Shown one piece after another: positions 9,014-18,551 of a stretch of DNA of 64,000 nt (positions within the stretch are counted from its first letter, which is position 1; every line of letters begins with the position of its first letter). Position numbers and translations under genes: made by a program. Below the pieces are notes generated by a model. It had not been told where the DNA came from. It worked only from the letters and a program-made list of their open reading frames with translations, and did not search any database. The stretch is from an uncultured Actinomycetes bacterium (lineage in GTDB: Bacteria > Actinomycetota > Thermoleophilia > Gaiellales > Gaiellaceae): positions 512,903 through 576,902 of the forward strand of contig CAVYMH010000002.1 of assembly GCA_963769645.1 (NCBI GenBank), read 5' to 3'.

Positions 9014-10006
9014 TTAGCCCTGGCCCACCTTGCGCTGGATCTCGGCCATGATCCCGGAGCGCGGATCGAAGAACTGCTTCTGCACCTTCTGCCAGCCGCC
9101 GAACTTGTCGATCTTGAACAGGCCCGGGCGTGCCGGGAACTTGAACTTCCTCGCGACGCTCTTGAGCACGGGCCGGTAGCCGTTCTCGGCGAAGATCGTC
9201 TGCGCCTGCGGCGTGCGGAGGAAGCGAACGAACGCCCGCGCCTCCGTCTTGTGCTGCGAGCCCTTGACCACGGCCACGGGGTTCTCGATCAGGATCGTCT
9301 CCTTCGGGATGATGAACTGCACCGCCTGGCCCTTCTTCTGGGCGAAGAGAGCCTCGTTCTCGTAGGCCAGGAGCGCATCGCCCTTGCCGCCGAGGAACGT
9401 CTGCAGCGACTCGCGTGCGCTCTTGTCCTGCACCGGGATGTGGCGGTAGAGGCTCTCGAGATACGTGACTGCCTGCTTGTGCGTCTTGCCCAGCCGTAGC
9501 TGGGCGCCGTACGCGGCCATCACGTTCCAGCGCGCGCCGCCCGAGGTCATCGGGTTCGGGTTGAGGACCTCGATCCCGGAGCGCGTGAGGTCGCTCCACT
9601 TCCTGATCCTCTTCGGGTTGCCGTCTCGCAGCGCGAGCACGACCACCGAGTTCGTGACCATGCCCTTGTAGGCGTCGTTCTTCCAGTCGGGCGAGATCAG
9701 GCCCTTCCCGACGAGGCGGCTGATGTCGGGCGCGAGCGAGAACGCCACGACGTCGGCCGGCAGGCCCTGCTCCACGGCACGGCTCTGCTCGCCCGACGAG
9801 CCGTACGACTGGTCGAAGGTCACGTCGCGGCCCGCCGGCGTCTTCTGGAAGGCCTCGATGATCTTGGCGTACGCCTCGCGCGGCGTCGAATACGCGACGA
9901 GCGTGAGCTTCACGTCCTTGCTGCTGTGGATGCCGCTGGAGCTGGAGCTCGCGGACGCACCGAATAGCGCGGCGAGTACCACCAGGGCGGCGATCAGGCG
10001 GGTCAT
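9014..10006 (-). CDS. sbp: sulfate/thiosulfate ABC transporter substrate-binding protein (Sbp/CysP family), orphan
   Basis: 330 aa with a signal peptide. Motifs NPNPMTSGGARWNVMAAYG, LAYENEALFAQKKG and KFGGWQKVQKQFF align with E. coli Sbp (NPKSSGGARWN, WENEAL, FGGW). No cysT, cysW or cysA genes are adjacent. Confidence 0.85.
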   Translation of the reverse strand: MTRLIAALVVLAALFGASASSSSSGIHSSKDVKLTLVAYSTPREAYAKIIEAFQKTPAGRDVTFDQSYGSSGEQSRAVEQGLPADVVAFSLAPDISRLVGKGLISPDWKNDAYKGMVTNSVVVLALRDGNPKRIRKWSDLTRSGIEVLNPNPMTSGGARWNVMAAYGAQLRLGKTHKQAVTYLESLYRHIPVQDKSARESLQTFLGGKGDALLAYENEALFAQKKGQAVQFIIPKETILIENPVAVVKGSQHKTEARAFVRFLRTPQAQTIFAENGYRPVLKSVARKFKFPARPGLFKIDKFGGWQKVQKQFFDPRSGIMAEIQRKVGQG

Positions 10007-10126
10007 GTGAACGGCTCCTCCTCAGGTCCGGGATGTGATGCGGATGAGGATTCATAATCACTGTCATAAGCTTTGTCAATTCCGAACCTCGACAGGATCT
10101 TCACGCCGGCGTGGTAGAAGGAGGTC

Positions 10127-11389
10127 GTGGGCATTCCGCGCAAGGCACGTGACGGGCTCCTGATCCTGGGCGGGGGCTTCGCCGGCGGCTACGTCGCCCG
10201 CCTGGCCGGCACGGGCTCGACGATCGTCAGCCTCGAGAACTACATGCTCTACACGCCGATGCTCCCCGAAGCCGCCTCGGGCACGCTCGAGCCGCGGCAC
10301 GTCGTGGTCCCGCTGCGCCAGATGTGCCGCGAATCGGAGTTGCTGCTCGGCCGCGTGACCGCGCTCGCCGAAGAGCGGCGGGTCGTGACGGTGGAGACCG
10401 AGGTGGGCACGTTCGACGTCGAGTACGAGCAGCTCGTGGTCGCGCTCGGCTCGGTCGGGCGCGTGCTGCCCGTGCCCGGCCTGGCCGACTACGCCTACGG
10501 CTTCAAGGATCTCCCGGACGCGATCGAGCTGCGCAACCACGTCCTGCGCGAGCTCGAGGCCGCCGACGCTGCACTCGACGAGGAACAGGCGCGCATCCAC
10601 CTCTCGTTCGTCTTCGTCGGTGCCGGCTACGCGGGCGTCGAGGCGCTCGCGGAGCTCCGCGACCTCGTCGAGGCCGCCCTGCGCTACTACCCGCGGCTGC
10701 GCCCCCTCCCCCGGCGCTGGGTGCTCGTCGATGCGGCGCCGAAGATCCTGCCCGAGATCCCTCGCAAGCTGGGCGACTACGCCGCTCGCTACCTGGCGAA
10801 GCTCGGTGTCGAGATCCACGTCGGCACGACGCTGGAGTCGCTGGATCCCGCCGCCGCCCACCTATCGAACGGCGACACGATCCCGACGAAGACGCTCGTC
10901 TGGACGGCCGGCGTGCGGGCCAACCCGCTCGCGGCCGAGCTCGGGCTGCCGACCGGCGACAAGGGCCGCGTGATCGTGGACGAGACGCTGCGGGTAGAAG
11001 GGCGCGAGCGAGTCTGGGCGCTCGGCGACTGCACTCAGGTGCCGAACCGGGCGACCCCCGGCGCGTTCGACCCGCCCACCTGCCAGCACGCGCTGAGGCA
11101 GGCTCGCCGGCTCGCGAAGAACCTCCGGGGCGAGCCGCAGCCGTACCGCTACCGGATGCTCGGCCAGGTGGCCACGCTCGGGCACTACAAGGGAATCGCC
11201 GACGTGCTCGGGCTGCACTTCCGCGGCTTTCTCGGCTGGTTCGTCACGCGGACGTACCACCTCTACCAGCTGCCGCTCCTGACCCGAAAGCTCCGCGTCG
11301 TCGCGGACTGGACGGTCGCGCTCTTCTTCCGCCGCGACCTGGCGGAGCTCGGCGGCCTCGGCCACGCACGGGGGCTCCGTGGCGGCTGA
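10127..11389 (+). CDS. ndh: type II NADH:quinone oxidoreductase (NDH-2), FAD-dependent
   Basis: 420 aa; LILGGGFAGGY (FAD GxGxxG), HLSFVFVGAGYAGVE (NAD GxGxxG), RVWALGDC. Strong RBS GAAGGAGG. Confidence 0.9.
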   Translation: MGIPRKARDGLLILGGGFAGGYVARLAGTGSTIVSLENYMLYTPMLPEAASGTLEPRHVVVPLRQMCRESELLLGRVTALAEERRVVTVETEVGTFDVEYEQLVVALGSVGRVLPVPGLADYAYGFKDLPDAIELRNHVLRELEAADAALDEEQARIHLSFVFVGAGYAGVEALAELRDLVEAALRYYPRLRPLPRRWVLVDAAPKILPEIPRKLGDYAARYLAKLGVEIHVGTTLESLDPAAAHLSNGDTIPTKTLVWTAGVRANPLAAELGLPTGDKGRVIVDETLRVEGRERVWALGDCTQVPNRATPGAFDPPTCQHALRQARRLAKNLRGEPQPYRYRMLGQVATLGHYKGIADVLGLHFRGFLGWFVTRTYHLYQLPLLTRKLRVVADWTVALFFRRDLAELGGLGHARGLRGG

Positions 11390-12152
11390 GCGCGAGCTGG
11401 CCCTCGAGTTCCTCGCGCTCGCCGACCACGGCGGCACACGCGAGGAGCCGTTCGCCTACGGCACCGCCATCTTCGACGAGCGGCTGCCGCGGCGCTGGGA
11501 CTCCAACTACCTGCTCGTGGAGCGGCTGCCTGCCGAGGTGGGGGCGGACGAGCTCGCCGTCGAGGCGGAGCGCCTGCAGGGCGAGGCCGGCCTGAGGCAC
11601 CGCAAGCTGGAGGTCCGCGACGAGACCGCAGGCCGGCGCCTCGAGCCCGAGTTTCGCCGGCTCGGCTGGACGGTCAACCGACACGTGCTGATGGCACTGC
11701 ATCGCGAGGCCGACCGGAGGGAGGAGGGGATCGTCGTCCAGGAGGTGGACGCGGAGGCGCTGCGCGAGCCGCGCGCGGCGCAGCTCAGCGCGTACGAGTG
11801 GGCCGAGGACGGCGAGGTCCTGGCCCAGCTGCACGAGGCGAAGACACTCTTCGCCGCGCGGGTCGAGACGCGATTCTTCGCGGTGATCGAGGACGGCAGC
11901 GTGGTGAGCTGGACCGACCTCTATCTCGCAGGCGAGACCGCTCAGGTCGAGGACCTGGGCACACTCGAGAGCCATCGCGGCCGCGGCTACGCACGCGCGC
12001 TCGTGCTCCACGCGGCCGCGGAGGCTCGACGAACGGGCGCAGAGTTCGTCTTCCTCGTCGCCGACGACGAGGACTGGCCCAAGGAGCTCTACCGCAAGCT
12101 CGGCTTCGACGAGCTCGGCCTCGTCTACGAGTTCCTGCTCACGCGCTCGTGA
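11379..12152 (+). CDS. GNAT family N-acetyltransferase
   Basis: The C-terminal half reads VEDLGTLESHRGRGYARALVLHAAAEARRTGAEFVFLVA...LYRKLGF (acetyl-CoA binding motif A). The start overlaps the ndh stop. Confidence 0.65.
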   Translation: MAAERELALEFLALADHGGTREEPFAYGTAIFDERLPRRWDSNYLLVERLPAEVGADELAVEAERLQGEAGLRHRKLEVRDETAGRRLEPEFRRLGWTVNRHVLMALHREADRREEGIVVQEVDAEALREPRAAQLSAYEWAEDGEVLAQLHEAKTLFAARVETRFFAVIEDGSVVSWTDLYLAGETAQVEDLGTLESHRGRGYARALVLHAAAEARRTGAEFVFLVADDEDWPKELYRKLGFDELGLVYEFLLTRS

Positions 12153-12979
12153 TCTTCTCCGCCAAAGGGATCGCGAAGCGCTATGGCCGTGTCGAGGCCC
12201 TGGCCGGGGTCGACCTCGAAGTGGAAGCCGGCGAGCTGGTGGGGCTGCTCGGCCCGAACGGAGCGGGCAAGTCGACGCTCGTGAAGATCGCCGTCGGCCT
12301 CGTGCGGGCCAGCGAGGGCACCGCGACCGTCTGCGGCGCTCCGGCCGGCTCTTCGGCGGCGCGGGCGTCGCTCGGCTACCTGGCCGAGCTCTTCCGGTTC
12401 CCCGGCTGGTACAGCGCCGACGAGCTGCTTGGGCTGCATCAACGGCTCGCCCACTCGGACGGCGGCGAGAAGGAGCGCCGCGAGCTGCTCGAGCTGGTCG
12501 GGCTCGACGACGCGAGGAAGCGTCGCGTGGAGGAGATGTCGAAGGGGATGCAGCAGCGGCTCGGGATCGCGCAGGCGCTGATCGGCTCGCCGAAGCTGCT
12601 CTTCCTGGACGAGCCGACGAGCGCCCTCGACCCGGCCGGGCGACGCACGATCCGCCGGCTCCTGGAGGAGCTGAAGGGCCGTGGGGTCTCGGTCCTGCTG
12701 AACTCGCATCTGCTCAGCGAGATCGAGCTCGTCTGTGACCGGGTGACGATCCTGCTGGCGGGGCGGGTCGTGGCGGAGGGCGCCCCGGCCGACCTGACCC
12801 GCGCGCGGGGCGTCGAGGTCGAGACCGACGAGGGCGTTCGGATCTACGAGGACGCCGGCCGGGAGGAAGCGCCGCGGCTCGTCGCCGACCTCGTTGCCGC
12901 CGGGCGCCGGGTCTATGCGGTCCGCGTCCTCACCTCGACCCTGGAGGACGTCTACCTCGAGGCTGTGGGCGAGACATGA
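12149..12979 (+). CDS. ABC transporter ATP-binding protein (ABC-2 exporter type)
   Basis: GTG start overlapping the previous stop (GTGA). GLLGPNGAGKST (Walker A), MSKGMQQRLGIA (signature LSGGQ-like), LLFLDEPTSALD (Walker B). Confidence 0.85.
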   Translation: MIFSAKGIAKRYGRVEALAGVDLEVEAGELVGLLGPNGAGKSTLVKIAVGLVRASEGTATVCGAPAGSSAARASLGYLAELFRFPGWYSADELLGLHQRLAHSDGGEKERRELLELVGLDDARKRRVEEMSKGMQQRLGIAQALIGSPKLLFLDEPTSALDPAGRRTIRRLLEELKGRGVSVLLNSHLLSEIELVCDRVTILLAGRVVAEGAPADLTRARGVEVETDEGVRIYEDAGREEAPRLVADLVAAGRRVYAVRVLTSTLEDVYLEAVGET

Positions 12980-13827
12980 GCGACGCGCTCACGATCGTCG
13001 GCTACGCGATCCGCGAGAGCGTGCGCAAGAAGATGTTCCTCGTCGTCCTGCTGCTCACCGCCGCGTTCATCGGCCTGTTCTGGCTCGGCGCGCACGAGCT
13101 GTTCGACGAGACGGACACCATCACCCCGCCCACCGGCGTGGACGCGCCGACCCTGGTCGGCGCGACGACGCTCGGCCTCGGGATGTTCGGGACGCTCTTC
13201 CTGGGCACGGTGCTCGCCGTCTTCCTCACGCTCTCCGCGGTGCGCGGAGACGCGGAGAGCGGGCTGCTCCAGCCGCTCGTCGTGCGGCCCCTCGGGCGCG
13301 CCACGTTCCTGCTCGCCCGCTTCGCCGCGGCCGCGACCGTCTCCGGCGCCTACGTCTTGGCCGTCTATGCGGCCACCGTCGCGATCGTGCGGATCGAGGG
13401 GGACTGGGGGCCCGACCGCCTCGTAGCGCCGGGCCTCGAGCTGGCCGTGGCCGTCTCGCTGCTTGCCGGCCTGTCGCTGCTCGGCTCGGTCTTCCTCTCG
13501 GGAACGGCGAACGGGGTCGCCGTCTTCATGATCTTCGGCGCCGGGCTCGTTGCGGGCCTCCTCGGCCAGATCGGTGAGGCGCTCGACTCTCAGACGCTGC
13601 GCGACATCGCCAACGATTCGTCCTGGATCCTGCCCTTCGAGGCCCTCTATCAGGACGGTCTGTACCGATTGACCGCGGACACCGGAGGGTTCACCGGCTT
13701 CGTGCTCCAGCTCGGCCCGTTCGGCGGCGCGCAGGCGGGCGGCGACGGTCTCTTTCCGTGGGTCGCGGCGTACCTGGTGCTGCTGGGGGCGGCGGCCCTC
13801 GCCGGGTTCTCGCGCAAGGACCTCTAA
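12976..13827 (+). CDS. ABC-2 family transporter permease
   Basis: 283 aa with 6 predicted TM segments. ATGA overlap with the ATPase stop. Confidence 0.8.
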   Translation: MSDALTIVGYAIRESVRKKMFLVVLLLTAAFIGLFWLGAHELFDETDTITPPTGVDAPTLVGATTLGLGMFGTLFLGTVLAVFLTLSAVRGDAESGLLQPLVVRPLGRATFLLARFAAAATVSGAYVLAVYAATVAIVRIEGDWGPDRLVAPGLELAVAVSLLAGLSLLGSVFLSGTANGVAVFMIFGAGLVAGLLGQIGEALDSQTLRDIANDSSWILPFEALYQDGLYRLTADTGGFTGFVLQLGPFGGAQAGGDGLFPWVAAYLVLLGAAALAGFSRKDL

Positions 13828-13869
13828 GAGGCGCTAATCCCCCGTCGCCGGACTGCCGATGGGGAAGGG

Positions 13870-15342
13870 ATGCGGCACGGCCTCAGAGAGCGCGCGGCGC
13901 CGATTCTCGCCATCGGCGGGACGGCGGCGGCCGCACCGGCGCTCCTGCTCCACTTCTTCGGCAGCGACGCTGCCTCCATCGACGGCACGGTGCACTTCTT
14001 CGGCGTCGGGATGTCCGCCGTCGCCGCAGCCCTGGCCGCGCTGCTCCTGACCGCCGCCGGCGCTCGCCGCCAGGACGGACGGACCGTGCTCGTCGGCACC
14101 GCCTTCGCGGCGATGGCCGCCCTGCTCGGCCTGCACGGCCTCGCGACGCCCGGCTTCCTGATCGAGCAGAACGGCGTCGTCGCCTTCACCGGCGCGGCCA
14201 CGCTTCCGGTCGGCGGCGCGATCCTCGCGCTCTCTGCGCTGCCGGGCCTGCGCCGTCCGCGGCGGCTCAAGCCGCTGATCGGTTTCGAGATCGCGCTGAT
14301 GGTCGGAATCCTCGTGCTCGGCGCGGTCGGGTTGCTCATGCCGTCCGTCGTCCCCTCGGTCCCCGAGCCCGGCAGCGCGATCGCGCTGGCAGCGCTGGCC
14401 GCCGGCTCGGCCTTCTACCTGCTCGTCGGACTGCGCGCCCTCGGCACGTTCGCGCTCACGCGCCGAACCGGAGACCTGGTCGTGGCGATCGGGATCGCGT
14501 GGCTCGGGGCTGCCCTTCCCGCAGCACTCCTGCTCACCTACCAGGACCTCGGCTGGTGGCTCGGCCACGGCTTCGAGCTCGCCGGCCTCGTCCTCGTCGG
14601 CGTGCCCGTGGGCATCGATCTCTTCCGCACCTCCCAGTCCCGCCCGCTCGCCGGTGACCTCCATGCCGCCGAGCTCGTCACCGCCGAGGAGACCTACCTG
14701 GGCGCCCATGTGCGGGCGCTGACGGTGCGCCTGGCCGAGAAGGACGGGTACACCGAGGAGCACACCCGCCGCGTCGCCCTGCGCGCCGTCCAGGTCGGGG
14801 AAGAGCTCGGCCTGCCCGCGGGCCGGCTGCGCTCGCTCGCGATCGGTGGGCTGATCCACGACATCGGCAAGCTGACCGTCCCGGACTCGGTCCTGAAGAA
14901 GCCGGCAGCCCTGAGCGAGGACGAGTTCGCGGTCATCCAGCGCCATCCCGAATGGGGCGAGCGGCTGGTCTCGGACCTCGGCGGCTTCACCGCCGCGGTG
15001 CGACGCCTCGTTCGCGACCACCACGAGCGGCTCGACGGCAGCGGCTACCCCCGCGGTCTCGTCGGCAACGCGATCGAGCTCGACACGCGCATCCTGGCCG
15101 TCTGCGACGTCTACGACGCGCTGATCTCGGCGCGTGTGTACCGCGAAGCCTGGACGCACGAGGAAGCGCTCGCCCTGCTCCGCGAGGAGGCGGGCATCAC
15201 GCTCGACGCGAGCTGCGTGCAGGCACTCGAGCGGGTACTGGGCCTGGAGCGCAAGCAGGCTCCGCGGCGCGTCCCGGGACGAGCTACTTCGGCCCGTCGG
15301 GGACGAACTCGGCCGGCAACCCCAGCCGCCGAAACCAGCTGA
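13870..15342 (+). CDS. membrane-anchored HD-GYP domain phosphohydrolase (putative c-di-GMP phosphodiesterase), N-terminal multi-TM sensor-like domain
   Basis: About 250 aa of hydrophobic helices, then IGGLIHDIGKLTVPDSVLKKP...DHHERLDGSGYPRGL (HD and GYP motifs). The last about 20 codons overlap the nif3 3' end, so the exact stop is uncertain. Confidence 0.8.
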   Translation: MRHGLRERAAPILAIGGTAAAAPALLLHFFGSDAASIDGTVHFFGVGMSAVAAALAALLLTAAGARRQDGRTVLVGTAFAAMAALLGLHGLATPGFLIEQNGVVAFTGAATLPVGGAILALSALPGLRRPRRLKPLIGFEIALMVGILVLGAVGLLMPSVVPSVPEPGSAIALAALAAGSAFYLLVGLRALGTFALTRRTGDLVVAIGIAWLGAALPAALLLTYQDLGWWLGHGFELAGLVLVGVPVGIDLFRTSQSRPLAGDLHAAELVTAEETYLGAHVRALTVRLAEKDGYTEEHTRRVALRAVQVGEELGLPAGRLRSLAIGGLIHDIGKLTVPDSVLKKPAALSEDEFAVIQRHPEWGERLVSDLGGFTAAVRRLVRDHHERLDGSGYPRGLVGNAIELDTRILAVCDVYDALISARVYREAWTHEEALALLREEAGITLDASCVQALERVLGLERKQAPRRVPGRATSARRGRTRPATPAAETS

Positions 15343-16150
15343 CCATCGCCAGCTGCGGCGGCTTCTCCATGCCGTAGTGCATCGCGTCGATCAGCGCCAC
15401 GTTCGCCTCGTCGGCCAGCTGCCTGAACGCGCGCACCTTCTCCTGGATCCAGTCGATCCTGCAGTTCGTCGCGGCGTTGCCCGTCACGTAGGTCTGGCAG
15501 CCGCGGTCGATCGACGCCTGGAGGATGTCGACGTCGGCCCCGCCGCCCGCGACGACGGCGACGCGCCCCGCCTCGTTGCGCGGGCGCGTGATCACGTGCA
15601 CCTTGATCTCGGGCCCGAGGTAGATGCGGAAAGCCTCGGCGAGCCCCTCGAGCGGCAGCCCGCTGTTGCCGACGATCGCCGCACCGCCGGGAATCCCGTC
15701 GGCGATCGGGTAGTACTCCTCGAGTGCCTCGAGCCCGACCCCCTCCGCGCAGAGGCGTGACGGCGAGACCTCGGGGTGCATGTCCAGCGGGGCGTGCGCA
15801 TGGAAGAACCCGCAGGCCCGCTCCTTCAGCGCCACGAAGCTCTCGGGAGCGAGCGGCAGGAAGCCCGGCTCGTCGGCGAAGTCGAGCGGGTGCTCCGAGA
15901 AGAGCAGTGTCCCGGGCTCCAGCCCGGCGATGATGCGATCGCTCGGGAAGACGCAGGTGGCGGCGCGCTCGACCTCCCCCACGCCTCGCACCATCAGCCC
16001 GTTCCACTTGCCCTCGTAGCCGGGCTCGACGTAGTCGCGCCAGTAGGCCGAGGAGTAGACGCCCTCGAACGCGGGCGACCAGTCGTCGTTCTCGACCTCG
16101 GGCACGCGAAAGTAGGCGTCGAGCTCGCGGACGACGTCGTCCAGCCTCAC
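15284..16150 (-). CDS. Nif3 family dinuclear-metal-centre protein (GTP cyclohydrolase 1 type 2 homologue)
   Basis: VRLDDVVRELDAYFR...HAHAPLD...VTGNAA. GTG start 3 nt after the ligD stop. The N-terminal 180 aa of the ORF track entry 15284..16696 is a spurious upstream extension. Confidence 0.75.
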   Translation of the reverse strand: MRLDDVVRELDAYFRVPEVENDDWSPAFEGVYSSAYWRDYVEPGYEGKWNGLMVRGVGEVERAATCVFPSDRIIAGLEPGTLLFSEHPLDFADEPGFLPLAPESFVALKERACGFFHAHAPLDMHPEVSPSRLCAEGVGLEALEEYYPIADGIPGGAAIVGNSGLPLEGLAEAFRIYLGPEIKVHVITRPRNEAGRVAVVAGGGADVDILQASIDRGCQTYVTGNAATNCRIDWIQEKVRAFRQLADEANVALIDAMHYGMEKPPQLAMVSWFRRLGLPAEFVPDGPK

Positions 16151-18472
16151 CTGAGCGCTTTCAGGGCCTGCGCGAGCGACTGCTTGGTCGTCAGCACGCC
16201 CTCGAAGAGGTCGCCGTGGCGGTCGACGCGCTCGAGCACGGCGTCCATCGTGAAGGCGAGCGGGTCGAGCGACTCGTCGACCTCCTCCCAGCGCAGCGGC
16301 GTCGAGACCGGCGCCCCGGGCTTCGGCCGCACCGAGTAGACCGACGCGATCGTCTTGCCCTCGCCGTTCTGGTTCGAGTCGATCAGCACGCCCCTGCGCT
16401 TCGCCTTCGACCACTCGGTCGTCGCCAGGCCCGGATGGGCGCGCGCGATCGCGCCGGCCACGATCTCCGCGAACCTGCGCGTGTCGGTGTAGGTCGAGCG
16501 CCGGTCGATCGGCACGAGCACGTGGATTCCCTCCGAGCCGCTCGTCTTCGCGAACGAGGCCAGATCGAGGACGTCGAGCGCCTGCTTGATCAGGAGCGCC
16601 ACGCGCACGGTCTCGGGGAAGCCGACGTCCGGAGACGGATCGAGGTCGAACAGCACCCAGTCCGGCCGCTCCGGCTTGTCGATCCGCGAGTACCACGTGT
16701 TGCAGTCGATGCAGCCCATGTTCACCATCCAGAGCAGCGCGAGCTCGTCCTCGACGATCGGCGCCTGGATCTTCCGCGTCTGCCGCGGCGACTCCCGCGT
16801 GCTGACCGTGATCTCGGCTCGCTTGATCCAGTCGGGCATGTGCTTGGGCGCGTCCTTCTGGAAGAAGAACTTGCCGTTCCAGCCGTCGGGGTAGCGCTTC
16901 ATGGTGAAGGGGCGGCCCTTGAGATGTGGCACGAGGACGGGAGCGATGCCGCGGTAATAGCGCAGGAGATCGCCTTTCGTGATCCCCTCATCCGGCCAGA
17001 ACGGCTTGTCCAGGTTCGTCAGCCGCAGGACCCGCTTGCCCTTGCGGATCTCGTTCGGAAGCGGCTCCTCGCGATGCACCTGCGCGGGTGCCTTGTCCTC
17101 GCGCAACCCCTGGTAGGAGGGCGCGCGGAGGTGACCGTCGTGCGTCCACTCGACGAACTCCACCTCGGCCACGAGCCTGGGCTCGACCCAGACGACGTCC
17201 CCCTTGCGCACCTTCGGCATCTTCGGCGGGGTCGGGAACGGCGAAGCCGGCCGCTCCAGCGGCTTCAGCTGCTCGAGCAGCCGGTCGATCTCGTCGTCGG
17301 TGAAGCCGGTGCCGACGTTGCCGACGTAGCGCAGCTCTCCGCCCTCGTAGACGCCGAGGACGAGGGCGCCGAAACGTCCCGAGCGGCGGCCCTGGCCGCG
17401 CGTGTAGCCGGCGATCACGAACTCCTGCCTGTCGTGGGTCTTGATCTTCAGCCACTGGCTCGTCCGCCGGCCCGGCTCGTAGCGCGAGTCGGGACGCTTG
17501 GCGATCACCCCCTCGTAGCCCTGCTGCTCGGCGACGGCGTAGAGACCGGGGCCGTCGTCGAACGTCTCCGAGACCTGGACGTCGCGGCTTCCGACGGTCG
17601 AGCAGCTGCGCGAGCCGCTCGCGGCGCTCGATCAGCGGCAGGTCGATCAGCGGCTCCCCCTCCACCTCGAGCACGTCGAAGACGACGTAGATGTAGCGCG
17701 TGTCCGGCTTTCCCTGCTGCATCGCCGAGAACGTGGCTCGCCCGTCCTCGTCGAGCGCGCAGATCTCGCCGTCCAGCACGCAGTCCGGCGTCCTCACGGC
17801 GCCCTCCAGGGCGCGCTTCACCGTCGGGAAGCGCGGCGTGAGGTCGTTGTCGTTGCGGCTGACGAACTCCGCCTCGCCGCCGCGGACGTAGGAGATCGCG
17901 CGATAGCCGTCCCACTTGACCTCGTACAGCCAGTCGCCTCCCTTCGGGAGGTTCTTCTCCAGGGTCGCCAGCATCGGCTTGTACCGGCGGCGGCGGCTCG
18001 TTTCGGCCGTCGCCTCGTCGCGCTTACGGATCAGCAGCCAGTTCTTGGGATCGCCGTCGAGCTTCGCCGGGACGAGCGTCCACGTTCCCTGAAGCCGCTC
18101 GCCGTGCAGGCGGACGGTCAGACCGCCGTTCTTCTTCTCCTCGACGAGCTCGTACGTGCCGCGATCCCACAGCTCGACCGTGCCGGCGCCGTAGTTGCCC
18201 TTGGGGATCTCGCCCTCGAAGTCCGCGTAGTCGAGCGGATGGTCCTCGACGTGCACGGCCAGGACGCGCTGGCCGGGCTCGAGCGGGATGCCCTTGGGAA
18301 CGGCCCAGCTCGCCAGCGCACCGTCGCGCTCCAGCCGGAAGTCGTAGTGAAGCCGCCGCGCGTCGTGACGCTGGACAACAAAGATCGGCTTTTTCCCGTG
18401 CCCCCTGGAGCCGAAGGGCTCGGGCGTCGCCTTCGGATCCCGCTTGCTTCGGTACTCCTTGAGGGTCGCCAT
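16147..18472 (-). CDS. ligD: multidomain ATP-dependent DNA ligase LigD (phosphoesterase, ligase and primase-polymerase domains); 1 apparent frameshift at about 17590
   Basis: PE domain MATLKEYRSKRDPKATPEP...FVVQRHDARRLHYDFRLE. Ligase domain YKPMLATL...WLYEVKWDGYRA...GLEGV. Then, in a +1 frame, IAKRPDSRYEPGRRTSQWLKIK. Polymerase domain ...FFFQKDAPKHMPDW...LDLDP. No Ku gene in the window. Confidence 0.85.
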
Positions 18473-18551
18473 GGCTGTGGACTCTTCCCCGAAAAATGCC
18501 GTCCCGGACGGGACTATTGGTGGAAAACGCTGTGGATGGTGTGGAGAAAGC

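Noticed and set aside
8871-10079. 402-aa minus-strand ORF overlapping sbp
   Set aside because: Off-frame relative to Sbp, highly Arg-rich, no motifs. It masks the real small ORF at 8836..8973, which is in another frame.
13834-15159. 441-aa minus-strand ORF
   Set aside because: Antisense of the HD-GYP gene, with Arg/Gly/Asp low-complexity sequence.
16216-17841. 541-aa plus-strand ORF
   Set aside because: Antisense of ligD, whose own frame carries all the ligase, polymerase and phosphoesterase motifs.
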